Assembly: GCA_002269645.1 (NCBI GenBank)
Contig: NIVC01002283.1
Coordinates: 1 to 64,000, forward strand
Origin: Macrostomum lignano
Taxonomy: Eukaryota
Reading direction: 5' to 3'
DNA length: 64,000 nt
Below the pieces are notes generated by a model. It saw only the letters and a list, made by a program, of their open reading frames with translations, did no database searches and had not been told where the DNA came from. Below, piece after piece: positions 54,027 to 64,000 of this stretch. The position numbers and the translations under genes were made by a program. Numbering within the stretch: position 1 is the stretch's first letter; each line of letters opens with the position of its first letter.

Positions 54027-54837
54027 TTCTCGCCGAGATGGACTCTGCGGACTTTACACACTGTGAATGAATTCGATGTACATCCCCAGCGACCTTCAAC
54101 GCGCGCCCGCAGCCCCGGCAAAACCAGTCAGCCAAAGCTTTGCAAAATTGTGGGCAAATTTTTCCACTTGCTAATTTTTTATCGGAATGCAATCTTAAAA
54201 TCCTGACTGAAGGTCTTGATGTACTTTCTATTGAATAGATTTGTATTGCTTTTCAGCATTGCTGCGTACGTTGTGCTGGTCTGTCCGACTCGCAATTGCC
54301 TTCTAAATGCAGCCTGAATGAAACTGTTCCTGTCTTGTCCCAATTGCTAATCGAGTCTGCTTTCAGCAGGTAGGTCGAGATTGTCGCGAGTCCCATTGTC
54401 AGTCAGCGCTCGAGTTGGTTTTCAAATGAATTTCCGAATTTTCGATTTTTAAAAGCCATCCAACAGGGAAGCGGAGGGGGCCATCAGTCAAGCGGGTGCG
54501 GGTGCCCCCCCCCCCCCCGCTTGTCGCTCATCAACCTCCGCAGCAGACTGAAAAGGTTTTTTTTCTGGGACTCGGGATGTGTGCTGGGAACACTGGGATT
54601 CTTGCGCGGAGGAGGTGGGGACAATGGGAACATTCTTTGGTGGCAAACTGGCATAAATTAACCGGGTTCTGGGGTGCAGGCGGCACTGGTGCACTTCTGC
54701 TGCGCGCGGGTCGTCTGGGAGGGGCCAACAGAGGCACCCGTGCAGCTGATTGACAACCGTTTTGCTGCACTGTCTGCGTTGCCAGAGTGCTGCAGCAACA
54801 GGAGCATCGCGAATTGGTAAATGCATACATGAGCTGG

Positions 54838-55855
54838 TATGGGATGGGGTGGACAAGACAGTATGGGATGAGCTGGACAAGACAGTATGGGATGGGGTGG
54901 ACAAGACAGTATGGGATGGGGTGGACAAGACAGTATGGGATGGGGTGGACAAGACAGTATGGGATGGGGTGGACAAGACAGTATGGGATGGGGTGGACAA
55001 GACAGTATGTGATGGGGTGGACAAGACAGTATGGGATGGGGTGGACAAGACAGTATGGGATGGGGTGGACAAGACAGTATGGGATGGGGTGGACAAGACA
55101 GTATGGGATGGGGTGGACAAGACAGTATGGGATGGGGTGGACAAGACAGTAGGGGATGAGATGGACAAGACAGTATGGGATGAGCTGGACAAGACAGTAT
55201 GGGATGAGATGGACAAGACAGACAGTATGGGATGAGCTGGACAAGCCAGACAGTAGGGGATGAGCTGGACAAGCCAGACAGTATGGGATGAGATGGACAA
55301 GACAGACAGTATGGGATGAGCTGGACAAGACAGACAGTGGGGGATGAGATGGACAAGACAGACAGTATCGGATGAGATGGACAAGACAGTATGGGATGAG
55401 ATGGACAAGACAGTATGGGATGAGATGGACAAGACAGTATGGGATGAGATGGACAAGACAGACAGTAGGGGATGAGATGGACAAGACAGACAGTATGGGA
55501 TGAGATGGACAAGACAGTATGGGATGAGATGGACAAGACAGTATGGGATGAGTCGAGATGGACAAGACAGTAGGGGATGAGATGGACAAGACAGTATGGG
55601 ATGAGATGGACAAGACAGTATGGGATGAGATGGACAAGACAGTAGGGGATGAGATGGACAAGACAGTAGGGGATGAGATGGACAAGACAGTATGGGATGG
55701 GATGGACAAGACAGTATGGAATGGGATGGACAAGACAGTAGGGGATGAGATGGACAAGACAGTATGGGATGAGATGGACAAGACAGTAGGGGATGAGAAG
55801 GACAAGACAGTAGGGGATGAGAAGGACAAGACAGTAGGGGATGAGAAGGACAAGA
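54838..55855. repeat. 24/28-bp minisatellite (GGACAAGACAGTATGGGATGGGGT / ...GATGAGAT)
   Basis: About 40 units. Confidence 0.97.
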
Positions 55856-56424
55856 CGATCTGTCAAACAGGCAGCCAAGCAGCATGGAGATTCCAGGAAT
55901 AATTATGTACTAAAAGGCCGCCAGCAGCAGGTGCAAGGGCTCGCATTCGGGGTCAGCAAGCCACTAATTTTCGGCGGCGAAGTGTAGAAAGCGGGCGTCA
56001 GGAACGATTCCTGCCAACAGCAATCAAAAGAGAGAAAAGCTGGGATGGGAAGCGGAACTAGCGGGATCCAGCGCTAATGACCGATTGCAAGTGCGAGTTA
56101 ATGTCTGGCCCTTGCATACCCTGGCGGTAATTCAGATAAAGCGAATGGACTTGAACAGTTTGTATCAGTGTCTGCTATTGCAGCCAGGAGTTCGGGCTGC
56201 CCGTGCACGCATCGAATGCCATTCAAGAGGCTGCAAGGAGCGGCGCGCACTTCTTGGCTGAGATGCACTTCGGGCCGCCGCATTCCATCGGCTGACTGCG
56301 GGAAAACTGAGAGGGAGACTTGAGGGGGGGTTAATCAAGTATACAGCAAGAGTGCTGCCGGGCTGTAAGGTTAGCTGGGCTGACAAATCGCTTAAGTCTC
56401 ATGATCGCTCTGTGGCTGCTGCTT

Positions 56425-56900
56425 GTGACTGCATGAAGGTTGTGACTGCATGAAGGTTGTGACTGCATGAAAGTTGTGACTGCATGAATGTTGTGACTGC
56501 ATGAAGGTTGTGACTGCATGAAGGTTGTGACTGCATGAAGGTTGTGACTGCATGAAGGTTGTGACTGCATGAAGGTTGTGACTGCATGAAGGTTGTGACT
56601 GCATGAAGGTTGTGACTGCATGAAGGTTGTGACTGCATGAAAGTTGTGACTGCATGAAAGTTGTGACTGCATGAAGGTTGTGACTGCATGAAGGTTGTGA
56701 CTGCATGAAGGTTGTGACTGCATGAAGGTTGTGACTGCATGAAGGTTGTGACTGCATGAAGGTTGTGACTGCATGAAGGTTGTGACTGCATGAAGGTTGT
56801 GACTGCATGAAGGTTGTGACTGCATGAAGGTTGTGACTGCATGAAGGTTGTGACTGCATGAAGGTTGTGACTGCACAGGAACTGAAGGCTGTGACTGCAC
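56425..56900. repeat. 17-bp minisatellite (GTGACTGCATGAAGGTT)
   Basis: About 27 units. Confidence 0.97.
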
Positions 56901-58867
56901 AGGAACTGAAGGCTGTGACTGCACAGGAGCTGAAGTTTGACTGCACAAGACCTGGGGGTTGTGACTGCACAGTGACTGAACTTGTGAAAGCAGTAAGACT
57001 GTTGTCTTGCATGACACCAGACCATGAAGTTGCTGAACAGGTGCAGAGCTGCAAACATGGGAGAGGCCAAATTCATTGAGGGTCTGACGGCAGTTGCAAA
57101 ATAACCTACAGCAGCATTAGCAGCAGCACTTTTCGACTACTGCAGCACAGAAATTGAAACACACCGATAAAAAAGATGATGGAATGGCCCGTCCCAGCTG
57201 CCGCTGACATTTCCTGCTCTTCCGCGTCTTTTTGTGTCGCTAAAACTGTGCAGAACTGTACAAAATCTTTTGCTAGTTTTGAAAAAAAAATTAAAATCAG
57301 CAACTTCTCGCCATTAAACTTGAAGTTTTGTTAATCGTAACCTACTGGCTTGGCAACATCGGTGAGAGGTTCGAGTTCGCGTCTTCTTCAGCCCTGATTC
57401 CCTGTCAGCGGCAAAGCAACTTGGCGAGTTGAAGGCCTGTAGAAGTTTTTGTGCTGTGGGAACTTTCTGCGGGCTGTTGATCGAGGACGGGAGAAAACTA
57501 TCAGTGCGGAGGCCGCCGGCTCGGGGGGGGGGGGCTGCAGCCACCTGCAGTTGCGGCTTCAGGAATTCCGCTGGCTTCCGCAGCTCTCTTATTCTTTTGC
57601 TTGTTTAATCCTCTTTGCAGGGCGTGTTCCGCAGGCTTGCTGGCAGCGGGGGGCATCGGAGCTGGAGTGGAGGAGGCGAATGCGGCGCTGCCCCCGCTCT
57701 ACCGCTGCCTCTGCGGTTCGGGGTGGGAAGCCGGGCACGGAGTGAAAGTCGGACTTTGCCCCCAGAAGAAGATTTCGGCAAAGCCGCGCAGATAATGAAC
57801 ACTCGGCCTGCCTGCCTCTCCGGGGTCATTGTTGTGCCGATTCATTACCGGCAGCAGCTCATCCGGACCCAGCTGTCGAGTCTGCCAACGCCCGGGGTTA
57901 AAAAGTGCTCGAGCGATTCGCTGTCAGACAGCCCGCTGACAAGGCTGCCGGGGGTCTGCCTGGATGCTGTGCAGGATGCTGAGCGGGAAATGCAGCTTTG
58001 TACTATCTGGATCCGGCTGGGTCCAGCAAGTTGCTGCAGGGTGCGCCTGATTACTGTAAGTAGTATCCAGCGACCACTGGAAGAAACTAAGAGTCTCTCG
58101 ACTTTGATTTTTGGAGAATTTCTACACTCGAAACTGGTGAGCAAAGAAGAATTCAAGCACAACATCTACATGACGAAACAAAATTTAATCAAGCAGGGAT
58201 GGAGAGGACTGTAAATCTAGTATCTGGAGTGCCAGCTCTGGTGGAGGCTCGGACCCGAGTAGGCTCAGAGGCTCGCTCTGCTAAACTGAAGGAGTTGATC
58301 GAGCGGGTGGAGGAAAATGATGAAGAGAGAGGAGAAAGAATATAGGGATCTAGCAAAAATTCTTCTCCTCCTTGCGGTGCATCAGTGCACAAGCCTCTAG
58401 TCTGGGGACATCTGTAGGCGGGACTTCCTTCAGGCCTTCCCTCCGCCAGACGATCAGGGTGACAGGATGCGTGCGACCTGCACCTCAATTCATTTCTGCG
58501 CAGAGCAGCGACCTTATTATTTAGATTTCTCTTAGCACCGCAGAGTTGAGAAGGCACCTTCTCTGCTCGGCTGCGATTATGAGAGAACCTGAGTGGATGA
58601 GTTGTGACAATCTGATTGTTGGCTGTAACAGGCTCCCATGTGCAGTGGCCCGACCAAAATGCTGAATAGCCCCTCTGATCGCAGCAGCGCCTCTCTGTGA
58701 AAGTCAGGACGGCCGCCCCCTTCCTGACCAGGTTTTGACTGTCCCCCATGGTCCCCATGGTATTTCCGTGGCTTTCCCTGCGGCAGAGTTCTCCCATACA
58801 AACGCATTGACCTATGTCTCACTAGGAGGCCCCATGGTTTTGTCATGAATGTAGGATTCATATATCG

Positions 58868-59586
58868 ATGTTGAGTGCTTAATGGTCTAATTATTTGGTT
58901 TATCTTTAAATATAGCATTTCCAAGCCAATCGAGCCTAGGAGCAAGCAATTTAATCCTTATTGGGAGAATCAACCTATTGAAGAGTTGTCTTTCTATGGC
59001 CCAAAAGGGGGTCTGTGGAGCAACCAATTTGAGAAACTGGGCGCGCAATTAATCCTTTTCACACGCAGTGCTCGTATTTCCTTCACGAATAACTTCACTG
59101 AAATAAAGTCAGCAAATAGATGGCAAGTAGATATCAAAAAACGATTGACATTAACACTTTGATTTCAGAGAAACCAATCAAAACAGGTCCCATGGCAAAG
59201 GCAAAACCATGGCATACAGTATAAGCCGAGAACAATCGTGTCTCTCAAAACAGTGTTGGACAGATTGAAATCAAACCCGATCAAATCAAACCCGAAGCAA
59301 ACCTTTCGGCACTGCTCTGCTCGCTAAATTCTTCGCCATATCTATGTTGTTCTAATGAAATCTGCTATTTTTCTATGGTCTAAGGCTTGCACAACTGTGG
59401 AAAGGATTAATAGCGCGCCCAAATCCTCAAATTAGTTGCTCCCTAGACCCCCTTTCGGGCCATAGACAGTGGAAAGCAAGTCTTCAATAGCTTGATTTTC
59501 CCACTAAGGATTAAATTGCTTGCTCTTAGGCTCAATTGGCTTGGAAAATGGTATATTTAAAGATAGACCATTTAAGCACTCAACAT
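58868..59586. mobile_element. Decayed inverted-repeat (foldback/MITE-like) element, ~200-bp imperfect arms
   Basis: 58868-59080 (ATGTTGAGTGCTTAATGGTCT..TTTAAATATAGCATTTCCAAGCCAATCGAGCCTAGGAGCAAGCAATTTAATCCTTA..) is the reverse complement, with mismatches and an indel, of 59395-59586. No clear TSD. Confidence 0.75.
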
Positions 59587-59930
59587 TACGCTTTACGAAC
59601 TTTACGAGTACGCTCTGCGTAAGATCAATACTAAGCCAGTTTCTCGAAAAGCCAGTTTCAGGGGGTCTTTCTCGAAAGCAACTTACGATCGGCCATAGAC
59701 GTAAGTTGGGGAGGAAGTGCTTATGGCTTGCTAGCAGCGGCATCCTCGATTTCAGAAACTATTTTTTTCCAGCTCAAAAAGATGAACCTTTTAGTTGGGT
59801 ATCGCCTGGAACAATGAATCCAGAATATCCTCGTCCTTTGGATCTAGCTATCACAGACTCCGGAAGATCGTCAGGCTCATCCAAAATGGCCCCAATCTCT
59901 TCGGTTGACAATCCGGATATCATTTCATAA

Positions 59931-61192
59931 GGACTTTAGTTGGCGGTTCTATATTTGCCAAATACACTTGTAACCCGTAACTAAAAATTGACTCGCGCAA
60001 ACAGATAAGGCGAGCAAACCAACGCGAGCAGCCTTTAACCGGAGGGGGTGGGTGCGCGCGGACAGAGAGACGGAGGGGGGAGGGGCGCGACGGAGGTCGA
60101 GAGAGTACACACGGAGTACAAAGCGGCCAGGGGGGGTCTTTCTCGAAAGCAACTTACGATCGGCCATAGACGTAAGTTGGGAGGAAGTGCTTATGGCTTG
60201 CTCGAAAGTCTCGCAACTTGAAATGACGTACGATCGATCGCAACTTTGCGAGCTCGTAACTTTGCGCAAGACTCTTTCTCGAAACGTTCGTATGTCTATG
60301 GTCTTTCGTAAGGTTGATCTTAACCCTAGACTGCTCGGTATCAGTCGTAAGAAGCACTTATCGGAAAGATCTCAGGGTACGATATCTTTAATACTGCAAG
60401 TGACAGCAAAGATCATGGCGACCAAGCGTCAACCCAACTTCTCGCCTGGAGAAAAGGAAGAGTTGGTGAATTACGTAAACAAGTACCTCGATACTATCAA
60501 TTCTAAAGTCTGAGGGTGTGATTGGTAGTGATGTCCACGATATAGCGGAATGGGCGTTCGCGCCTTCCCGCTGTGTCCCCCCGGGACAGCCCTGCAGCTA
60601 AAATGTCCACAACTGGTGTGTTCTGTGATTTAGGGGTCAATGTGGAGTTGTGCGGGTTGATTGTCTACTTTAATTGCGTTGATCTGTTACGACTTTTAAC
60701 TGTCAAGCCAAAAAAACTGGTTAACAACTGCTCGCGTTCTAAAACATTATAATCTTTTGCTTGTACATGCATGTATTTCTTTTTACTTTCCTAAAATAAA
60801 ATAAAATAAAACTGGTGCCCATTTCCTATTACTGTTAGTAAAAAATAAAGCAAGAAATCCATATAATTAAAATTAGCTTTTTAGATTTGATTTTTTGTCT
60901 TCTCTTCCATAGACAACATTTTATCGACTTAACTAGACTCACAAATCGCGTGAGTCACGCAAAGTCTAAGCGAGTTTCGAGTTTCGTTTGCGCTCCCCCT
61001 GCCTGGCCGCTTTGTACTTTCTCGCCCTCCGTCGCGCCCCTCCTCCCTCCGTCTCTCTGTCCGCGCGCACCCACCCCCTCCGGTTAAAGGCTGCTCGCGT
61101 TGGTTTTGCTCGCCTTATCTGTTTGCGCGAGTCAATTTTTAGTTACGGGTTACAAGTGTATTTGGCAAATATAGAACCACTAACTAAAGTCC
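59931..61192. mobile_element. 1262-bp non-autonomous PIF/Harbinger-like element with ~200-bp inverted arms and TAA TSD
   Basis: Arms 59931-60130 and ~61000-61192 are near-perfect inverted copies; TAA at 59928-59930 and 61193-61195. Confidence 0.82.
60415..60513 (+). pseudogene. Myb/SANT-like (Harbinger ORF1-type) N-terminal fragment
   Basis: MATKRQPNFSPGEKEELVNYVNKYLDTINSK fits the R.PNFS..EK..L...V..Y...I..K start of Harbinger Myb-like proteins. It ends in a stop, or possibly a weak donor at AAA|GTCTGA. Confidence 0.65.
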
Positions 61193-61900
61193 TAATGAAA
61201 GTCCTATAACGGGTTAGCAACTGCTACACCGCGAGAGATCGACAAACTGTTGCGGTACTTTTATGGTACCCTTCGCAAGCGGGATGGCGATTATTTTGCT
61301 CCGGCCACGTTGATTTGCATTTGAGCTGCCCCTCTACTGGAATTTTATGTCGACAAGACGCATCAATCAATATTCTGATGATGAATTCTATACGCTTCCA
61401 ATGCCACACTAAAGTCAATGGGCAGAATTTTCATTGCCTGAGGTGGACGCGTCCGACACTTCTAGTCTATCGAACCTGTCGACATGAAGAGGCTGTCTGA
61501 CTACGAGCTTCTTTAGTCGGAAATCTCCAGAGGGTGCTATTACGCGGCCGTTCCGCTATCGTTTTCTTCCTTATTATGTTAATGACTGTACGTTTTATTA
61601 TCATCACATTATTAATACTACTCGTATCTTTAAAACTACACTAAATATACCGCCTTCATATTGGTTTCCGTGCATTGAATGCGTTGATGCACGCTAGTTT
61701 ACTATTGTTGAAATCTTGCGTTTGATGCGCACACGATAAAGAATACATTAAACACGCTCCAGCGTGATACAATGTGTTGTAGTGATTATGCGAGTCAGTG
61801 CACTTTCCTACGCCGGGCCGGTCTGGCCGTCCTCCCCCCTCTGACTCACCCCACTTTCACTACTGCGCGTGTGTACCCCCTTACCCCCCTCTGCCTATTC

Positions 61901-62160
61901 TCACTAGGAGGCCCCATGGTATTTCCATGGCTTTCCCTGCGGCAGAGTTCTCCCATGCAAACACATTGATCTATGTCTCACTAGGAGGCCCCATGGTATT
62001 TCCATGGCTTTCCCTGCGGCAGAGTTCTCCCATGCAAACACATTGATCTATGTCTCACTAGGAGGCCCCATGGTATTTCCATGGCTTTCCCTGCGGCAGA
62101 GTTCTCCCATGCAAACACATTGATCTATGTCTCATTAGAAGGCCCCATGGTATTTCCGTG
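61901..62160. repeat. 77-bp tandem repeat (3.4 units), with a dispersed copy at ~58753-58837
   Basis: TCACTAGGAGGCCCCATGGTATTTCCATGGCTTTCCCTGCGGCAGAGTTCTCCCATGCAAACACATTGATCTATGTC at 61901, 61978, 62055 and partially 62132. Confidence 0.95.
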
Positions 62161-62334
62161 GCTTCCGTGTGGCAGTGTAGCCGGAGCGCCGCACGATCGT
62201 CTCGGATTGTGCATGAATTGCGGCGCGTTAGTCAACAGCTAAATTTAGCATTCCCACAGGCCCATTTATACGAGCGTAAAAGACCGCGTAAAAAAACAGC
62301 TTATACCTGCATAGCAAGTCACTAAAATTTCAAG

Positions 62335-63111
62335 ATGGCATACAGCTCCAATTACGAGAACTGGCAGCAGGAGCACAACAAGGACCGACTGGACTACTAC
62401 CATCAACAGGAGTTCCGAGACTCATACACAAAAGAAATGGTACGAAAAGCTCTGGGCTGCTACAGATGCATCGCTTCTGAGGTAAAAGGTCTCTTCCACT
62501 GTTTGGGTGCCAGAATGATGAACCAGAACTGGCCACGGCTGCCAGTGCCTCAGCTCAGCCTCAGAGTCCTGTCTCTGGGCTCGGGACCCGGCACAGACCT
62601 ATTGGCTGCCGTCAGGGCCTTCGCCGACGCGTCTGCTGGCGCACCGCTGGAGATAATCTGCACCGGAGTAGATTTGGCGTCCTGGGACATGAAGCCTTTT
62701 GAAACAGAAGTAAATCAGCTCATGGCTATGTGCGAATCAAATATTGCTGTCCACTGGACTATGTACAAAGGAGACTGTGCCGACTACGTGAGGTACTGCA
62801 TCGAACACGGAGTGCAGTTCGATCTGGTAATTTCCAGCTACGCCCGGGCGGTAGACAAGATCGAGCTTCTGGGCCAGGCCGTGCCGCAGATCCTCAGCCT
62901 CGGAGGTCGGATTTTCGTTATCGATAACTGCAGTCCTAAACTTACAAATGAACTCAAGGAGCATGGCTTCTATGTGTCTCAGCCTAGTTATGATAGACGC
63001 CCAATTTTTCTTGTAAAAATTCGTAGTATCGAATGTATTAAAAATGTATTTAATGTACCCCCAAATGCTGTTTACAAGTACATGTATAAACCGAATATCA
63101 ACCACGCCTAA
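62335..63111 (+). CDS. 258-aa class I SAM-dependent methyltransferase-like protein, single exon
   Basis: Motif I VLSLGSGPGTDL, acidic motif ICTGVDL, GDCADY, motif IV-like QFDLVISSY and GGRIFVID. TTTCAAG directly before the ATG may be a cis- or trans-splice acceptor. Confidence 0.8.
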   Translation: MAYSSNYENWQQEHNKDRLDYYHQQEFRDSYTKEMVRKALGCYRCIASEVKGLFHCLGARMMNQNWPRLPVPQLSLRVLSLGSGPGTDLLAAVRAFADASAGAPLEIICTGVDLASWDMKPFETEVNQLMAMCESNIAVHWTMYKGDCADYVRYCIEHGVQFDLVISSYARAVDKIELLGQAVPQILSLGGRIFVIDNCSPKLTNELKEHGFYVSQPSYDRRPIFLVKIRSIECIKNVFNVPPNAVYKYMYKPNINHA

Positions 63112-64000
63112 TACTATAGTTATATTTATTATATTATTAATACTGTTTTTAGTATTTTACTATTATTAGTAAGGTGGATTTTCCAAACTGTATGATCAAA
63201 TGTTTTTATCCAGAAGGTGACGCTGTCAAGCTTGAATGAACGCTTGCAGCATCACCGAACTCTTCTTTCTGCTTAACTCTGCATCAAAACAATTCGCTGT
63301 TGAAGTAGCTTTTTATGCGCGTCGTTCTGTTCTTGTTAATTATGCTTACTGAGAGGTTAATAGCGAAGTTAGTTGCTAAACTTCTAATATCTGCACTAGC
63401 TCCATCCGGGTATATTCATGCAATGCTTGTCTTGCAAAATCTAACAACTTCATCATTAATATAAAAGTCGCAACAGTCTCCAACTGCAAATTATCCAGCA
63501 GCTCAGCAAATCCCTGAGTCTGGTGCTCGGCACGTGTTTCGGTGTTAAAAAATATTTGTTAATTTTCTAAAATAATTTCCTAGAGTAGTATAGGGTCCTC
63601 TCGTTGTTCGAAGCAGGCTCTGTGGAAAACCACAGCCAGCTCCATCCACAGGTGGATGTTTGAAGCCGTAGAGAGCTATTATTAGATTAGAGAAATATGG
63701 AACCAAAAAGCTCCGTACAAATCGCACACACCGAGTACAGGGGAGTTCATCCGAAGCATTCTTATTGGATGAGAGACAACTGGACTGCACATGAGGAAAC
63801 CTCTCTTGGGGAACTTCCCTCATTGGCAAGCCCCGGAGCGGCGCAGGGAAAGCCGGCCATGGGGGAATCCATGGGAAAACCAGGGAAAAGTTAAAACTTT
63901 TTCTTCTGCTGGAAGATACGAGTTTAGGAAATTTAGATATAGAAGTGCAAGAAAAGAATGTTACCACTTGAAGTAAGAATAAGACGAGCCTTCAGAAGAA

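Noticed and set aside
57300-58500. GC-moderate ORFs at 57449-58214 and an acidic frame ending ~58330
   Set aside because: No recognisable domain or consistent splice model; left unannotated.
63230-64000. Possible coding or LINE fragments at the window end
   Set aside because: Short frames with stops and no RT, endonuclease or other motif.

Overview
This is eukaryotic (metazoan) genomic DNA, not prokaryotic. Very GC-rich exons, GT-AG introns and a minisatellite in nearly every long intron and intergenic gap suggest the flatworm Macrostomum lignano or a relative (inference from composition, not checked). Most long ORFs in the supplied track are artefacts of tandem repeats or antisense shadows. 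Genes rebuilt by hand: RUSF1/C16orf58 (3 exons) plus an upstream duplicate of its last exon, an ATP11-class P4-ATPase flippase (5 exons), intronless PHGDH (two 1-bp frameshifts), MRPL52 (2 exons), a 4CL/luciferase-like acyl-CoA synthetase (6 exons), an intronless atypical DEG/ENaC channel (one 1-bp frameshift) and an orphan class I SAM methyltransferase. Unnamed candidates: a 5-exon 119-aa gene absent from the ORF track, a CIP/KIP-like ORF, a SUMO-like ORF and a small single-pass membrane ORF. Mobile DNA: a decayed PIF/Harbinger transposase, a full-length Ty3/Gypsy LTR element (near-identical LTRs, 5-bp TSD) with a nested hairpin MITE and a tandemly amplified PPT region, and two long inverted-repeat elements near 59-61 kb. 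The most unusual pattern is that all 12 long introns hold a different minisatellite, and the four in the flippase gene each embed a different transcription-factor-like consensus (RFX, NF-Y, ETS, CSL). No CRISPR, rRNA or tRNA gene was found.
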